Below are positions 42,437-52,253 of a stretch of 64,000 bases of DNA, one piece after another; positions within the stretch are counted from its first letter, which is position 1, and every line of letters starts with the position of its first letter. A program made the position numbers and the translations under genes. The stretch is from positions 39,734 to 103,733 of the forward strand of contig JAHFLF010000002.1 of NCBI GenBank assembly GCA_023255625.1. The letters are read 5' to 3'. The notes beneath the pieces were generated by a model. That model was not told the DNA's origin, did not search any database, and saw nothing but the letters and a program-made list of their open reading frames with translations. The stretch is from Candidatus Harrisonbacteria bacterium (GTDB taxonomy: Bacteria > Patescibacteriota > Minisyncoccia > UBA6257 > 1-14-0-10-44-23).

Positions 42437-43327
42437 CTAAAATGCCCTGATCAGTAGCAAATTTTTCAAATCAATCAGCTGCTGATTGCCGGCTAATTCC
42501 GGAGAGTTCAGCAAAAACAAAACCGTCTGCAGGCGCTCACCGGAACTACCGGCGGCAGAGCCGATCTGGCTTACTAGCGCCAAACCGCCCTGGATAGCAA
42601 TTCTGGTCAGGATAGCTGCGCGCTGCTCCAATAAAGTTGTAGCAACTTGATTACTGCCCTTAAAAGCCGCCTCTCTAGCGATTAGGTCAAAAACCTCTGC
42701 TGTCCGTAATTGTTCTACCGGTGCTTTTTCTGAAAGACCTTCGGTGGCAATCGAAACAAATTTTTCACTTCCTATAACCGATTCAATTTCTGCAACGGCG
42801 ACCGAACTCATCCGCTCTTTAACATCGCCCAAAACCGCCTGATGTGCGTTACTCAAATTTGACCAGCCGGTCATTTCATCGACTAGGCGCAGATTACTCA
42901 TAAATGTCGTAACAATGCCGGCCGACAGCCCCAATTTATCGCCGGCAGCTGACCAATTAAAATGCGAAAGCGTCAGCCCGTATTGATAATTCGCAAGCTG
43001 ATAATCCCGTAGCGCCTCAAGTGTCAATTTATCGTTTTTCGGACTGACCTCGTAAGTCTTTAAAAGTCGGGCTGCATATTGATTTAGCAGCAGAGTCCGA
43101 GAAGCGAGCTTGTCGTCGGCGAATGAACTTTTTATATCATCAACTACGCGCACTAACCGGAAAAATGGATTAGAGCGAACAAATGTAACCTGCTCCACAC
43201 CGAACATATCGGTAGTCGACGATCCCGGGGCCATTGGTTTAGTTTTAGCGCCAACTGGAGTAATCGCTAATACGCTAATAGCCAATAATGCTAATAGAGG
43301 AAAAAATGTTTTTTTTATCTTTTTCAT
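42437..43327 (-). CDS. Secreted helical protein (DUF5667-like N-domain)
   Basis: Signal peptide; FVRSNPFFRLVRVVDDIK. Confidence 0.65.
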   Translation of the reverse strand: MKKIKKTFFPLLALLAISVLAITPVGAKTKPMAPGSSTTDMFGVEQVTFVRSNPFFRLVRVVDDIKSSFADDKLASRTLLLNQYAARLLKTYEVSPKNDKLTLEALRDYQLANYQYGLTLSHFNWSAAGDKLGLSAGIVTTFMSNLRLVDEMTGWSNLSNAHQAVLGDVKERMSSVAVAEIESVIGSEKFVSIATEGLSEKAPVEQLRTAEVFDLIAREAAFKGSNQVATTLLEQRAAILTRIAIQGGLALVSQIGSAAGSSGERLQTVLFLLNSPELAGNQQLIDLKNLLLIRAF

Positions 43328-43369
43328 AATCTTATTCGTATGATTAGAGCGTTCGTATGTTCGTGAACA

Positions 43370-44599
43370 CTAATATCCCTCCAGCATATTCGCCTTCAAA
43401 TGCCCGCGAATCCGTTGCAGCGCTTTGGCCTCGATCTGACGAATGCGCTCGCGCGTAACACCGAACTCTTTGCCAACCTCTTCCAGGGTGTGAGTAACGC
43501 CATCCTCGAGCCCAAAACGCATTTGCAAAATTTTCTGCTCGCGCTCCGCCAGATCAACCAAAATATCTTTAATCCGCTCGCGCAGTAAAGTCTGACTGGC
43601 GATTTGTGCCGGCGTCAAACTCTTGTCGTCTTTAATAAATTCAGAAAGCGTCGAGTCATCGTCGTCATCACCAACCGGCGACTCGAGCGAAACAACATCC
43701 TGGCTGATTTTCTGAATGTAATGGATTTTATCAATCGGTAGCTCCATTTCCACGGCGATCTCCTCAACGAGCGGTTCGCGCCCTAACTCCTGGGTTAGTC
43801 GGCGCTTAACTTGCGTATACTTGGAAATCGTCTCCACCATATGCACCGGAATTCTAATTGTCCGGCTCTGATCAGCCAGTGCTCGGGTAATGGCCTGACG
43901 AATCCACCAGGTGGCGTAAGTTGAAAATTTAAAACCGCGCTTGTAGTCAAACTTGTCGACGGCGCGGGAAAGACCAATATTGCCCTCCTGAATTAAGTCC
44001 AAAATACCCAAATTTGCCGAACGATTCACATAGCGCTTGGCGATAGAGACAACCAAACGCAGGTTGGCGGAGATAAACTTTTTGCGGGCCTCTTCATCGC
44101 CGGTTGCAATCTTTTTCGCCAGCTCTCGTTCATCCAGAGCTTTAAGCAGCGGCGCCTTACCGATTTCTTTCAAATACATCTGCACTGAATCCGGCATTTC
44201 TAGCTCGACATTGGTTGCCGCCACCAATTCTTTTTCGCTGACCTCTTCTTTTTCCGGTACGCTGATGAGCTGGCTAGTCTCGATTACCTTGATATTATGC
44301 TTATCTAGCGAAGCATAAACATTGTCTAAAAATGTAACATCCTGCTCAATATGCGGGAAATAACTTAAAACCTCTGTATCGGTTACATAGCCACGATCCT
44401 TTCCGCGCTCAATCAGTTCTTCAAGCTGCTGCTCGTTCAGTTCCAGCCGCTTAGCAGCTTTTGGCGGAATCTTTTTAGAATGCTTGATTGGCTTTTTAAA
44501 AACTTTCTTGGTGCTTTTAGCGGCTTTTTTCACCGCTTTCTTAGCGGATTTATGCTTCTTCACCGGCTTTTTAAAAATCTTTTTAATACTCTTAGCCAT
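43370..44599 (-). CDS. rpoD: Primary sigma factor RpoD with Lys-rich N-terminus
   Basis: [34 protein letters not shown]. Confidence 0.98.
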   Translation of the reverse strand: MAKSIKKIFKKPVKKHKSAKKAVKKAAKSTKKVFKKPIKHSKKIPPKAAKRLELNEQQLEELIERGKDRGYVTDTEVLSYFPHIEQDVTFLDNVYASLDKHNIKVIETSQLISVPEKEEVSEKELVAATNVELEMPDSVQMYLKEIGKAPLLKALDERELAKKIATGDEEARKKFISANLRLVVSIAKRYVNRSANLGILDLIQEGNIGLSRAVDKFDYKRGFKFSTYATWWIRQAITRALADQSRTIRIPVHMVETISKYTQVKRRLTQELGREPLVEEIAVEMELPIDKIHYIQKISQDVVSLESPVGDDDDDSTLSEFIKDDKSLTPAQIASQTLLRERIKDILVDLAEREQKILQMRFGLEDGVTHTLEEVGKEFGVTRERIRQIEAKALQRIRGHLKANMLEGY

Positions 44600-44696
44600 A
44601 AACAGGAAAAGCCCGGAGACACTCCATTAAACCCGTCTCAAAGCTCAAGTATTAGTATACCCTACAAAAGCACTTTTGTCCACCAGATGAGTAAAA

Positions 44697-46508
44697 CTAC
44701 CCACGAGCCAGATCCCTATAATCTTCTAACAATTTTGTCAATTTTTCGGCATCTTTTGAAAGCTCCGCCTTACGGATCTCCTCTTGCAGCTCCTTCCGGC
44801 GCAAAGACGCCCCCTCTTTCGAAAGCTCGGCAAAAAGCTGCTCTGTCTCCCCTTTTCCCGGCTCAAACCCGGATTCTAAATAAATCAGGTTGACTATACC
44901 GATAAGCTCCGGAGCCAGTGCGCTATCGCTGATTTGCGTGCCGGTAACCAAATTCTGCGCTAAATATTCCAAAACCGGTTGATACGCACTGGGAAAATAC
45001 TTTTTACTATCCAGCGCCTGCTGCATAACTATTTTATCGCGCAGCGCCAGAGAGAGAATCCGCCGGACTATTCTCTCCAGCCGATTTATGGGCTGATCAA
45101 CGAAAGCCACTGCAGATTTTGGCTCCTCTACCTTTGCGCCGGCCGCCGCCGAGATCTTTACAACATTCATTTCGGCGCTAATCGCCTGCTCCGACAATCC
45201 GGTTCTTGAAGCCAGTAGCTGCAGCCAATGCTGCTGCTCAATAGGACTAGCAATTCCTTTTATTTTTTGCAGCGCCTGCCTAATCCCCTTTTTTAAAATA
45301 GCAAAGTCCCCGCCCCGGCCGCGATCAATTCCGTAATAGTTAAAATAATATTCCATTGCCGGAATTGCTTTACCAATTAATTCGGCGAAGTGGCCCGGCT
45401 TATTCTTTGCAATGTCGGCTGGATCTTTAAGTGTCGGGTCGTTTCCGACGCCTGATGGGTCGGAACCCCGACCTTGCACCGCAAGCGTCGGGGCATACAC
45501 GATCACCTTCGTATTCAAGTCATTTTGCTGCGCCAGATCAATCGTCCGCTCCGCCGCCGCCTTGCCGGCACTGTCGTTGTCAAATGAAAGCACTAAATTT
45601 TCTGCCAGCCGGCGCAGTAGCTTCAAATGCTCATCGGTCAGAGCCGTTCCAGAGGTAGCCACCACATTTTTCACTCCGTCCTGGTAAGTCATTAAAAAAT
45701 CCATCTGCCCCTCGACAAGCACCGCCTGATTCTGTTCGCGCACGCTATTTTTTGTCTTCCAAAACCCGTACAGTAACTTTGATTTCTGAAAAATCGGAGT
45801 TTCCGGCGAATTAACATATTTTCCGACCTCCGGACTTTCTTCGCCTGGTTGGACACGCCCCGTGAAACCAATTACCTTGCCGAAGTGATTATGCAAAGGA
45901 AACATAATCCGGTTTCGGAATCGGTCATAATACATCCCGCGCTCGGTTTTAAAAATAAGTCCGGCTCGTTCAATGTCGGCTGCCGAAAAACCAAGTTTGA
46001 CTAGATGCCGCATCAGATTATCGCTACCCGGCAATGCTACGCCAAGCTCAAATTCGTTGATGGTCTCTTCTTTCAACCCGCGATCTTTCAGATACGCAAG
46101 CGCGGGGTTGCCCGCTGCAGCGGGCAACCCCGCGCCCTCCCACATACTTGCCCGAAAATAATCTTTAGCAATCCGGTTAATCTCGTAAAGCACCTCATAT
46201 TTTTTCTGGTCACTCGTCCCGACTCGCTTTAACTCAACTCCGGCTCGGTCAGCCAAAACTTTCAGCGCCTCGATAAATTCAATATTTTCAAACTGCATCA
46301 AAAATGCAAAAATATCGCCGCCCTTGCCACAACCAAAACAATGCCAAATCTGCCGTTCCGGATTGACCATAAACGACGGCGACTTCTCTTTATGAAAAGG
46401 ACACAGCCCTTTCAAGTTCCGGCCAGCCGGTTTAAGCGCAACATAACCGGCGACAAAATCTTTAACATCTATTTTTTGCTTAATCGCGTCGATAGTTGGG
46501 TCGGCCAT
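44697..46508 (-). CDS. dnaG: DNA primase
   Basis: CPFHKEKSPSF..CFGC zinc finger, KYVNSPET, LVEGQMD, FDNDSAG. Confidence 0.98.
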   Translation of the reverse strand: MADPTIDAIKQKIDVKDFVAGYVALKPAGRNLKGLCPFHKEKSPSFMVNPERQIWHCFGCGKGGDIFAFLMQFENIEFIEALKVLADRAGVELKRVGTSDQKKYEVLYEINRIAKDYFRASMWEGAGLPAAAGNPALAYLKDRGLKEETINEFELGVALPGSDNLMRHLVKLGFSAADIERAGLIFKTERGMYYDRFRNRIMFPLHNHFGKVIGFTGRVQPGEESPEVGKYVNSPETPIFQKSKLLYGFWKTKNSVREQNQAVLVEGQMDFLMTYQDGVKNVVATSGTALTDEHLKLLRRLAENLVLSFDNDSAGKAAAERTIDLAQQNDLNTKVIVYAPTLAVQGRGSDPSGVGNDPTLKDPADIAKNKPGHFAELIGKAIPAMEYYFNYYGIDRGRGGDFAILKKGIRQALQKIKGIASPIEQQHWLQLLASRTGLSEQAISAEMNVVKISAAAGAKVEEPKSAVAFVDQPINRLERIVRRILSLALRDKIVMQQALDSKKYFPSAYQPVLEYLAQNLVTGTQISDSALAPELIGIVNLIYLESGFEPGKGETEQLFAELSKEGASLRRKELQEEIRKAELSKDAEKLTKLLEDYRDLARG

Positions 46509-46550
46509 GCCTTTACTATATCCCTACGCGCCCGCTGGCGCAATAAAAGA

Positions 46551-46579
46551 TTGTAAATTTATGAACCCTGCGCTATGTT
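46551..46579 (+). promoter_or_regulatory. Promoter of small GC-rich membrane-protein operon
   Basis: TTGTAA-N17-TATGTT. Confidence 0.5.
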
Positions 46580-46618
46580 GAATCTGTGACGCCTCGCGCG
46601 TCCGGAAAGGAGTCGGTC

Positions 46619-46792
46619 ATGACAAGTTTGCAGTTCTTTGGCGGGATCCTGATTCTGGTGGGAATCCTGCTCTTCCTACTCGGCTACAACCTAGTCGGTA
46701 AGAACGGGGGCGGCGTGATAGCCGGACTCTTCGGCATGCTGTCAGTTGCCTGCGCCGCAATCGGTATGGTGTTTTTCCTTGGGAGGGGCTAA
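46619..46792 (+). CDS. Small 2-TM membrane protein
   Basis: SD AAGGAG; MTSLQFFGGILILVG... Confidence 0.7.
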   Translation: MTSLQFFGGILILVGILLFLLGYNLVGKNGGGVIAGLFGMLSVACAAIGMVFFLGRG

Positions 46793-46944
46793 TGAACCCC
46801 TTGCTAACGATTGCCGGCGTCATCCTGGTTCTCGCTAGTGCCGCTCGTGGCTACAGAGCGGTGTGGCAGGAGGAATACGAGGAGGCGGCTGGATACGCAT
46901 TTCTGTTCCTGGTCGGCGCCTGCTTCCTGGTGGCGGCCCGATGA
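46792..46944 (+). CDS. Small 2-TM membrane protein (50 aa, not in ORF track)
   Basis: TAATG coupling, SD GGAGG; MNPLLTIAGVILVLASAARGYRAVWQEEYEEAAGYAFLFLVGACFLVAAR. Confidence 0.65.
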   Translation: MNPLLTIAGVILVLASAARGYRAVWQEEYEEAAGYAFLFLVGACFLVAAR

Positions 46945-47354
46945 TGAACATCTTCGTGCTCGCACCGTTGTGCATCCTTCCCGTGCTGGTGTTCGGCCTG
47001 ATCATGATCGGGCGCGTGCGAGTTATCTTCCGAACCTGCTACCCGCCCGGGGCAGAGCGCCCACCCTGCATCGTTCGGTGGCCACGACATCGCTTCGAGG
47101 CCTGGTTCTACCTCGCTGTAGGATCAGCGCTGATAGGAACGGCGAGCGCCTGCCTCGTCGGAGTTCTGCTTCTACTCGCAGGCGTCGACCAGGTCCGGCG
47201 AGAAGAGATCTTCTGGTTCCAGAGCGCATGGTGCTGGCTGGCCGGTGGAGGCATCCTGGCGAACCTCTGCGGATTCACCACGCAGCGGTTCGATGGACTC
47301 AATCGTGATTGGACGAAATTCAAGGAGGAACAACATAAGTGCGCGACCAGCTAA
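46941..47354 (+). CDS. 3-TM membrane protein
   Basis: ATGA coupling; MMNIFVLAPLC... Confidence 0.65.
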   Translation: MMNIFVLAPLCILPVLVFGLIMIGRVRVIFRTCYPPGAERPPCIVRWPRHRFEAWFYLAVGSALIGTASACLVGVLLLLAGVDQVRREEIFWFQSAWCWLAGGGILANLCGFTTQRFDGLNRDWTKFKEEQHKCATS

Positions 47355-47516
47355 CATCACGCTCGGTCCCGCTTAGCTCGAACCCGTCATGCAGACTCGT
47401 CGTCCGCCCGACGGGTTCTGCATTTAAAGCTGCCCCTTGCACTTTTTATATATTTCTAGTATTCTATCTCTTATCTTATTCGCATTATTAGCTATCCGCG
47501 TATTAGCGATTACTCT

Positions 47517-47831
47517 ATGAAACACTGTGAAGTTTGCAAAAAGACCTCAATCATGGCCGGCACCAGAATTCTTTTGCGTGGTCACTACAACCCGACCAAC
47601 TGGAGCCGTAAGTACCCGAACCTGCAAAAATCAGTTAATCCGGCCGGCGAAAAAGTTTTTTGCTGCACCGGCTGCATCCGCACCTTTGGCAAGGTAGCAC
47701 GAATGAAAGATAAAAAAGCAAAAGCAATTGTTGCTGCAGCTGCGAAAGCCGCTGCGCCGAAGCCAGTTGCAAAGCCCGCCGCTCCAGCGAAAGTAAAGAA
47801 ACCGAAAGCCGAAAAGAAAGCGGCAAAGTAG
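47517..47831 (+). CDS. rpmB: 50S ribosomal protein L28 with Lys/Ala/Pro-rich tail
   Basis: CEVCKK..RGHYNPT..KYPNLQ..CTGCIR. Confidence 0.88.
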   Translation: MKHCEVCKKTSIMAGTRILLRGHYNPTNWSRKYPNLQKSVNPAGEKVFCCTGCIRTFGKVARMKDKKAKAIVAAAAKAAAPKPVAKPAAPAKVKKPKAEKKAAK

Positions 47832-47857
47832 TTGGAAAAAAATCAAAGTAAATAATC

Positions 47858-47888
47858 AAAATCCCTTTGCCAGACGGCGAGGGATTTT
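47858..47888 (+). terminator. Intrinsic terminator of rpmB
   Basis: AAAATCCCT..AGGGATTTT stem with T-run. Confidence 0.7.
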
Positions 47889-47906
47889 TGAATGCTGCAG
47901 AATACT

Positions 47907-47948
47907 AAATATCACTTATTATTACGGCCGTGATAATAAGTGATATTT
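47907..47948. repeat. 42-bp loopless palindrome (one mismatch)
   Basis: AAATATCACTTATTATTACGG|CCGTGATAATAAGTGATATTT. Confidence 0.85.
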
Positions 47949-48081
47949 GAATAAAAAATAATTTTAGAAAAAATATTTTTGTTGCGGCCAACCCGTCAAT
48001 AAGCTATTCTGTAGTCAAAACTTAAATTAAAACAGCTTGTCTAACTAATTGAATTCGCGCTGACAAGTCGTAGGCAGATAA

Positions 48082-48152
48082 CGGGATGTGGTGTAGTGGT
48101 AGCACGCGTGGCTGGGGGTCATGCAGTCCGGGTCCGATTCCCGGCATCCCGA
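48082..48152 (+). tRNA. tRNA-Pro(GGG)
   Basis: CGGGATG/CATCCCG-A; CGTGG-CTGGGGG-TCATG; T loop TCCGATT. Confidence 0.9.
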
Positions 48153-48414
48153 CCTTTAAATAAATTATGACGGGTAAATATATGGCAGACTCAGTTTCGG
48201 CTGATCCCTTCAGGGTTGTCAGCTTTTCGGCTACCTGCTATGTTGGGGTAGCGAGCCAGAAGCTCTGGCTTCTGTCCTCGCTACCCCGTCGTGCAGAATA
48301 GGCAAAAAGCTGCACAACGCGGTGTAAAGATACTTTTGAGACGGGTTCTGGAGTAAGATAAAATTTCGGTTGTTCGGCCACCGAAATTAAAGTGCCGACT
48401 TAGGGAGATTCCCG

Positions 48415-48849
48415 ATGCAGACGCATGAGCCACTTTTTTGTGTCGCTGGCGGATTTCCCGCTGCAACAATCGCCTGTTTCGGTCCGACCGCGACGGCACA
48501 TTTCGTCGAGATGACCGCAGTAGAGGCGGTCGGCTGGATCCGCGCCAAGGACACGGCAACACTGAAGCTCCTTTGGCGATACGGCCCAGAGGAGTCGCTG
48601 CTTCGTGAATTCATGGCTGGTCAAGGCCTGGCCGACCTGCTCAAGGGACGCGATCGCCCAGACCGTCTGAACGGCAGCCGCTTCGAACGGCTCGAGGCGA
48701 TCATCGTCTTTCGCACCGAAAGCGGGGCTGTCCGTATTCGTCTGTTGACAATGGAGCCAACCTGTCCCCTCGACTCTGAAGAAGAGCCGACGGTCGAGGT
48801 TCAACTGCCACCAGAGGAGATCGCTGACATCAACCAACTCGGCGAGTGA
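48415..48849 (+). CDS. GC-rich hypothetical protein
   Basis: SD AGGGAG; 144 aa; hairpins downstream. Confidence 0.6.
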   Translation: MQTHEPLFCVAGGFPAATIACFGPTATAHFVEMTAVEAVGWIRAKDTATLKLLWRYGPEESLLREFMAGQGLADLLKGRDRPDRLNGSRFERLEAIIVFRTESGAVRIRLLTMEPTCPLDSEEEPTVEVQLPPEEIADINQLGE

Positions 48850-48964
48850 GTAACCTCGCCAACCGCACCAGGGGCCCCGACGCAAATGCGCTCGGGGCCC
48901 TCGGACTATTCGGTCTCAACGCATAAGCTCCGAAGTCCCGCCAAGATGAGATATAATCGGCTAA

Positions 48965-49032
48965 CCCCCAAACTTTTCCCCAAGATGAGCAGGGATACCT
49001 TTTACTGCTCCCTTTGGGGAAAAGTTTGGGGG
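48965..49032 (+). repeat. Constant-core hairpin type A, copy 1
   Basis: 19-bp perfect arms around GATGAGCAGGGATACCTTTTACTGCTCCCT. Confidence 0.95.
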
Positions 49033-49040
49033 GCCGGCAA

Positions 49041-49102
49041 CCAAAAATTCCCGCCATAGGGAGCAGTAAATCCTATCTGCTCATCTTGACGGGAATTTTG
49101 GG
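49041..49102 (-). repeat. Constant-core hairpin type B, copy 1
   Basis: 16-bp arms (2 mismatches) around TAGGGAGCAGTAAATCCTATCTGCTCATCT. Confidence 0.9.
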
Positions 49103-49168
49103 ATTGCGCTTTTATTAAAAGACTATTTTTGTTTTTTATATTTCTAAATTAAAATCTTAAAAATCACA

Positions 49169-49198
49169 AAGGGCCGGACGAAGATCGTCACGGCCCTT
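49169..49198 (-). terminator. Terminator of cassette gene 49265-49873
   Basis: AAGGGCCG/CGGCCCTT stem followed by T-rich run on minus strand. Confidence 0.6.
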
Positions 49199-49264
49199 GT
49201 GCTGTTGCGAGGACACTTACTTCGGGCGGTCCTCGACTTTGCCCGTTGAGCTTGCGCTCCATGT

Positions 49265-49873
49265 CTACCTCCTCCGTCGCGACTGCGACGGGATCTCGTA
49301 GCCGCCGTAGCGGCTGCGAGGCAGGTTCACGCCTGCCGAGCGGTGGGTCCATGTCCCGCCGCCGTTGCCGCTGTTGTACCCGCCGACATATGCCGGCTGA
49401 TACAGCGGCGTAGAAGCCGACGACGCCCCGATCGCGACGCCGGTCGCATATGACTGCGACTGCGTCGTCGGCTGGGAGTCCGGCGGCTCCCATCCGGCCT
49501 CGATGAGGAGCTTCCTCATCTCGTCCGGCGAAACGCCCCCCAGCCCCGTCGTCGCGGCCGCGCTGACCGCAGCCGCGTTGGCAGGCGTCGGCGTCGCGGA
49601 GTGGGCGCGAATCCATTCCTTGATCAAGGAAGGCGGACCGTTGAACTGGTCTCCTCCCTCCTTGATCAATCGCCTCGTGCCGTCGGGGTCGGTCGAGTTC
49701 GTCGACCCCTCCGAGGAATGCCGCGTGAACTCCACGGATTCCTCGGGCTCGTCCGACTCGACGATCTGAACGAACGTCTGCCGGACCTCTTCCATCGGAT
49801 TCACGGCCCGACACCCCGTCGCGACACCCAGTGTCGTCGCGATGACACACAGAACGATGAGGGGGTTCCTCAT
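49265..49873 (-). CDS. GC-rich putative lipoprotein (cassette gene 1)
   Basis: SD AAGGAG; MRNPLIVLCVIATTLGVATG-C lipobox. Confidence 0.75.
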   Translation of the reverse strand: MRNPLIVLCVIATTLGVATGCRAVNPMEEVRQTFVQIVESDEPEESVEFTRHSSEGSTNSTDPDGTRRLIKEGGDQFNGPPSLIKEWIRAHSATPTPANAAAVSAAATTGLGGVSPDEMRKLLIEAGWEPPDSQPTTQSQSYATGVAIGASSASTPLYQPAYVGGYNSGNGGGTWTHRSAGVNLPRSRYGGYEIPSQSRRRR

Positions 49874-49930
49874 GTTCGTCTCCTTCCGGCCCGTAGGCCT
49901 CCCCAACTGCACTATGCGTTGGTGGAATAT

Positions 49931-49959
49931 ATTATACACCTATTGTATCAAAATGTCAA
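49931..49959 (-). promoter_or_regulatory. Perfect sigma70 promoter P1
   Basis: TTGACA-N17-TATAAT. Confidence 0.9.
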
Positions 49960-49998
49960 ATCTAACACCAGCGAATTCAGCAAGTAAGTAAAAGTCCC

Positions 49999-50072
49999 GA
50001 GCCCCTAAACTTCCCGCCAAAGGGAGCAGTAAAAGGTATCCCTGCTCATCTTGGCGAGAAGTTTAGGGGCTC
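49999..50072 (-). repeat. Constant-core hairpin type A, copy 2 (inverted)
   Basis: 22-bp arms (1 mismatch) around the reverse complement of the type A core. Confidence 0.95.
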
Positions 50073-50089
50073 ATTTTATTCATAAAAAT

Positions 50090-50292
50090 GAAAAGAGCCG
50101 AGTACCAGTGAAGGTATCCTCGGACTCTTTTCGCTACCGGTATTTCTCGGGTCTTCCTGCCCGCGTTCCCACCGGTAGGAACAACTCTCACTGGAACGAA
50201 CTTTCACCTCTCAATCTGGGAATACTCCTTTTCTTCAGCTACTCTCAACCAGATTCCCCTTTGGTTGAGTGGCTGTGGCGCGAAGTTGCGCC
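50090..50292 (-). repeat. 203-bp structured 3' trailer, copy 1
   Basis: 202/203 identical to 52254-52456; ends in GAAAAGAG..CTCTTTTC terminator stem. Confidence 0.95.
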
Positions 50293-50293
50293 G

Positions 50294-50998
50294 TCAGAGC
50301 CGAGCGAGATCATCGACCAAGCTCTTCGCCAAGTCAGTGTCCCGCACATGGGCATTGATCTGCTCGATCATCTTCGAGAGACCAACGTCCGCGATGAGCG
50401 CCGGATAGCTCCGACGCATCGCCTGCCGCCGATCTTCGGCGACCTTGGGCAGAGGCGGCCTGGACGTGAGAGCTGCGAAATAGCTCTCCGCGTCCTTGCC
50501 GAACGCCTCCAAGGCGGCGTTCTGGACCACCTTCACCTTCGCCGCTGCCTGCGCGTCGGCGAAGTCGCGCATCGCCGCCCGGATCAGATCCGGCGTCTTC
50601 GCCTGCTGCTCGGCCAGGTCCTTGACCTGCGCCGCCAGCGCGACGATGGCCGGGTCGACTCTCGGCGCCTTCTCGAGCGCCTCGAGTCGCTTCTCGAGCG
50701 TGCTCTTGTCGGCGAGCTGCTTCGCCAGCCCGGCGATCTGCGCCTGCAGCTGCTTGAAGGACTCGTCGGACACCTGCGATGCGGCACTCTGTGTGCCGGA
50801 CAGTCTGGCGAGACTCGCCTCCGACGCCGCCAGCCGCGTCTCGAGCCGGTTGATCCCCTCGGTCGCCGCGTCGACGCGCCCGGAGACCTCGTCGGCGTGC
50901 TGACTGCCGCCGCCGAACTGTCCGTAGGAAACCCCCCACGCGACGGCGCCCAGGACCGCGACCGCCCCGACCCACAGAAGAATATTCGTGAGCTTCAT
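50294..50998 (-). CDS. GC-rich membrane-anchored coiled-coil protein (cassette gene 2)
   Basis: SD GGGAGG; MKLTNILLWVGAVAVLG TM then heptad-rich region. Confidence 0.8.
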   Translation of the reverse strand: MKLTNILLWVGAVAVLGAVAWGVSYGQFGGGSQHADEVSGRVDAATEGINRLETRLAASEASLARLSGTQSAASQVSDESFKQLQAQIAGLAKQLADKSTLEKRLEALEKAPRVDPAIVALAAQVKDLAEQQAKTPDLIRAAMRDFADAQAAAKVKVVQNAALEAFGKDAESYFAALTSRPPLPKVAEDRRQAMRRSYPALIADVGLSKMIEQINAHVRDTDLAKSLVDDLARL

Positions 50999-51079
50999 AA
51001 AACCCTCCCTCTCCGACCCTACTTGGGGTACGGACCAACGGCTTCTGGCCGCTGGCAATCGGGCATTTCCGACCTAAAT

Positions 51080-51109
51080 ATTATAGCATATAAATAGCAT
51101 CTCTGTCAA
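51080..51109 (-). promoter_or_regulatory. sigma70 promoter P2
   Basis: TTGACA-N18-TATAAT with extended TG. Confidence 0.85.
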
Positions 51110-51234
51110 GCAATCAAATTGTTATAAAAACGGCACGCCCCCAAAGTACAGTTCTTCTGTATCTCCAGGGGCGCATGCTCGGACTGATTTTGCTTGATTC
51201 CGATGAAGTCCGTAGACATCGGAGCAATTGGTGA

Positions 51235-51900
51235 TCACTTCTTGAAGAAGATCACCGGGTGCGGCTTCTCTGCCGGAGCCGGAGTCGCGTGCGGCTGTCG
51301 GCTCGCCCGAATGAAGTTCAGGACGGCGAAGCCGAGCAGGATCACCAGGACGGCGAAGACAATCCGCAGCGGCCAGCTCGTCCTCGGCTGCTGCTCGACG
51401 ACCTCGTCGGACTCCGGCTGCTCGGAGACCTCCGTCCGATCGTCGGCAGCTGGAGCTGCCGGGCGGCCTCGTCGAAAGACCTCCTGGACAGCCAAGGCGT
51501 CTGGCTGCCTTGCAGCCGCAGGGACTTCGTCGACGAAGGTGTCCTGTCTCGAGATCTCGACCGTCGCCATCCTCGGCTCGGCCGACGACAGGTCCAGGTC
51601 GTCCCCCTCGCCGAAGATCAGGTCGTCGGAGGCATCCTCCGAGTCGCCCTTCTTCCCAGCCGAGAGGTCGATGACGCCCGTCTCCTCTTCGGACCGCACG
51701 CCGGTCAGGTCGAGGTTCTCGACGTCCGCCTTGCGGAACTTCATGACGTCGATCTTCTGACCAGGTTTCGCCGGATCATCCTGCTTCTCGCGTAAGGCGC
51801 GGATCTCTCCCTCCGAGACCAGCCGCTTCAGCTTGGGCTCGTCGATGGTGAGGCGCTTCAGGACCTCGTCGAATGTCAAGAACTCGCCGCTCTTGCCCAT
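51235..51900 (-). CDS. GC-rich HTH_17/MerR-like protein with acidic linker and C-terminal TM (cassette gene 3)
   Basis: SD GGGAG; FLTFDEVLKRLTIDEPKLKRLVSEGEIRALRE..MKFRKADVENL; TM IVFAVLVILLGFAVL. Confidence 0.8.
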   Translation of the reverse strand: MGKSGEFLTFDEVLKRLTIDEPKLKRLVSEGEIRALREKQDDPAKPGQKIDVMKFRKADVENLDLTGVRSEEETGVIDLSAGKKGDSEDASDDLIFGEGDDLDLSSAEPRMATVEISRQDTFVDEVPAAARQPDALAVQEVFRRGRPAAPAADDRTEVSEQPESDEVVEQQPRTSWPLRIVFAVLVILLGFAVLNFIRASRQPHATPAPAEKPHPVIFFKK

Positions 51901-51980
51901 GATCGTCTCCCTTCCCTCCGTGCAAAAACACAGAGGAACGCAGCACAACGCCGCGTTTAACGGTCATTTCCGTCAAAATT

Positions 51981-52009
51981 AACATAGCATTTTATTATCA
52001 AAATGTCAA
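51981..52009 (-). promoter_or_regulatory. sigma70 promoter P3 (shares ~45-bp upstream module with P1)
   Basis: TTGACA-N17-TATGTT; TCAAAATGTCAAATCTAACACC..CAAGTAAGT shared with 49948-49989. Confidence 0.85.
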
Positions 52010-52045
52010 ATCTAACACCGCGAGTTCAACAAGTAAGTGCAAAGC

Positions 52046-52121
52046 CGCAAACCTAGAGTTTCCCCCAAGATGAGCAGGGATACCTTTTACTGCTCCCTTT
52101 GGGGGAAACTCTAGGTTTGCG
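52046..52121 (+). repeat. Constant-core hairpin type A, copy 3
   Basis: 23-bp perfect arms around identical type A core. Confidence 0.95.
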
Positions 52122-52130
52122 ATTCGGAAT

Positions 52131-52202
52131 GAAAACTTAAGATTCTCCCCATAGGGAGCACTAAATCCTATGTGCTCATCTTGGGGAGAATCTTAAGTTT
52201 TC
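52131..52202 (-). repeat. Constant-core hairpin type B, copy 2
   Basis: 21-bp perfect arms; core GAGCAC/GTGCTC shows a compensatory change versus GAGCAG/CTGCTC. Confidence 0.95.
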
Positions 52203-52253
52203 TGATTAATCAACATCGGTATGTGTTTTGGGTTAAATACATTCAACAAAAAA

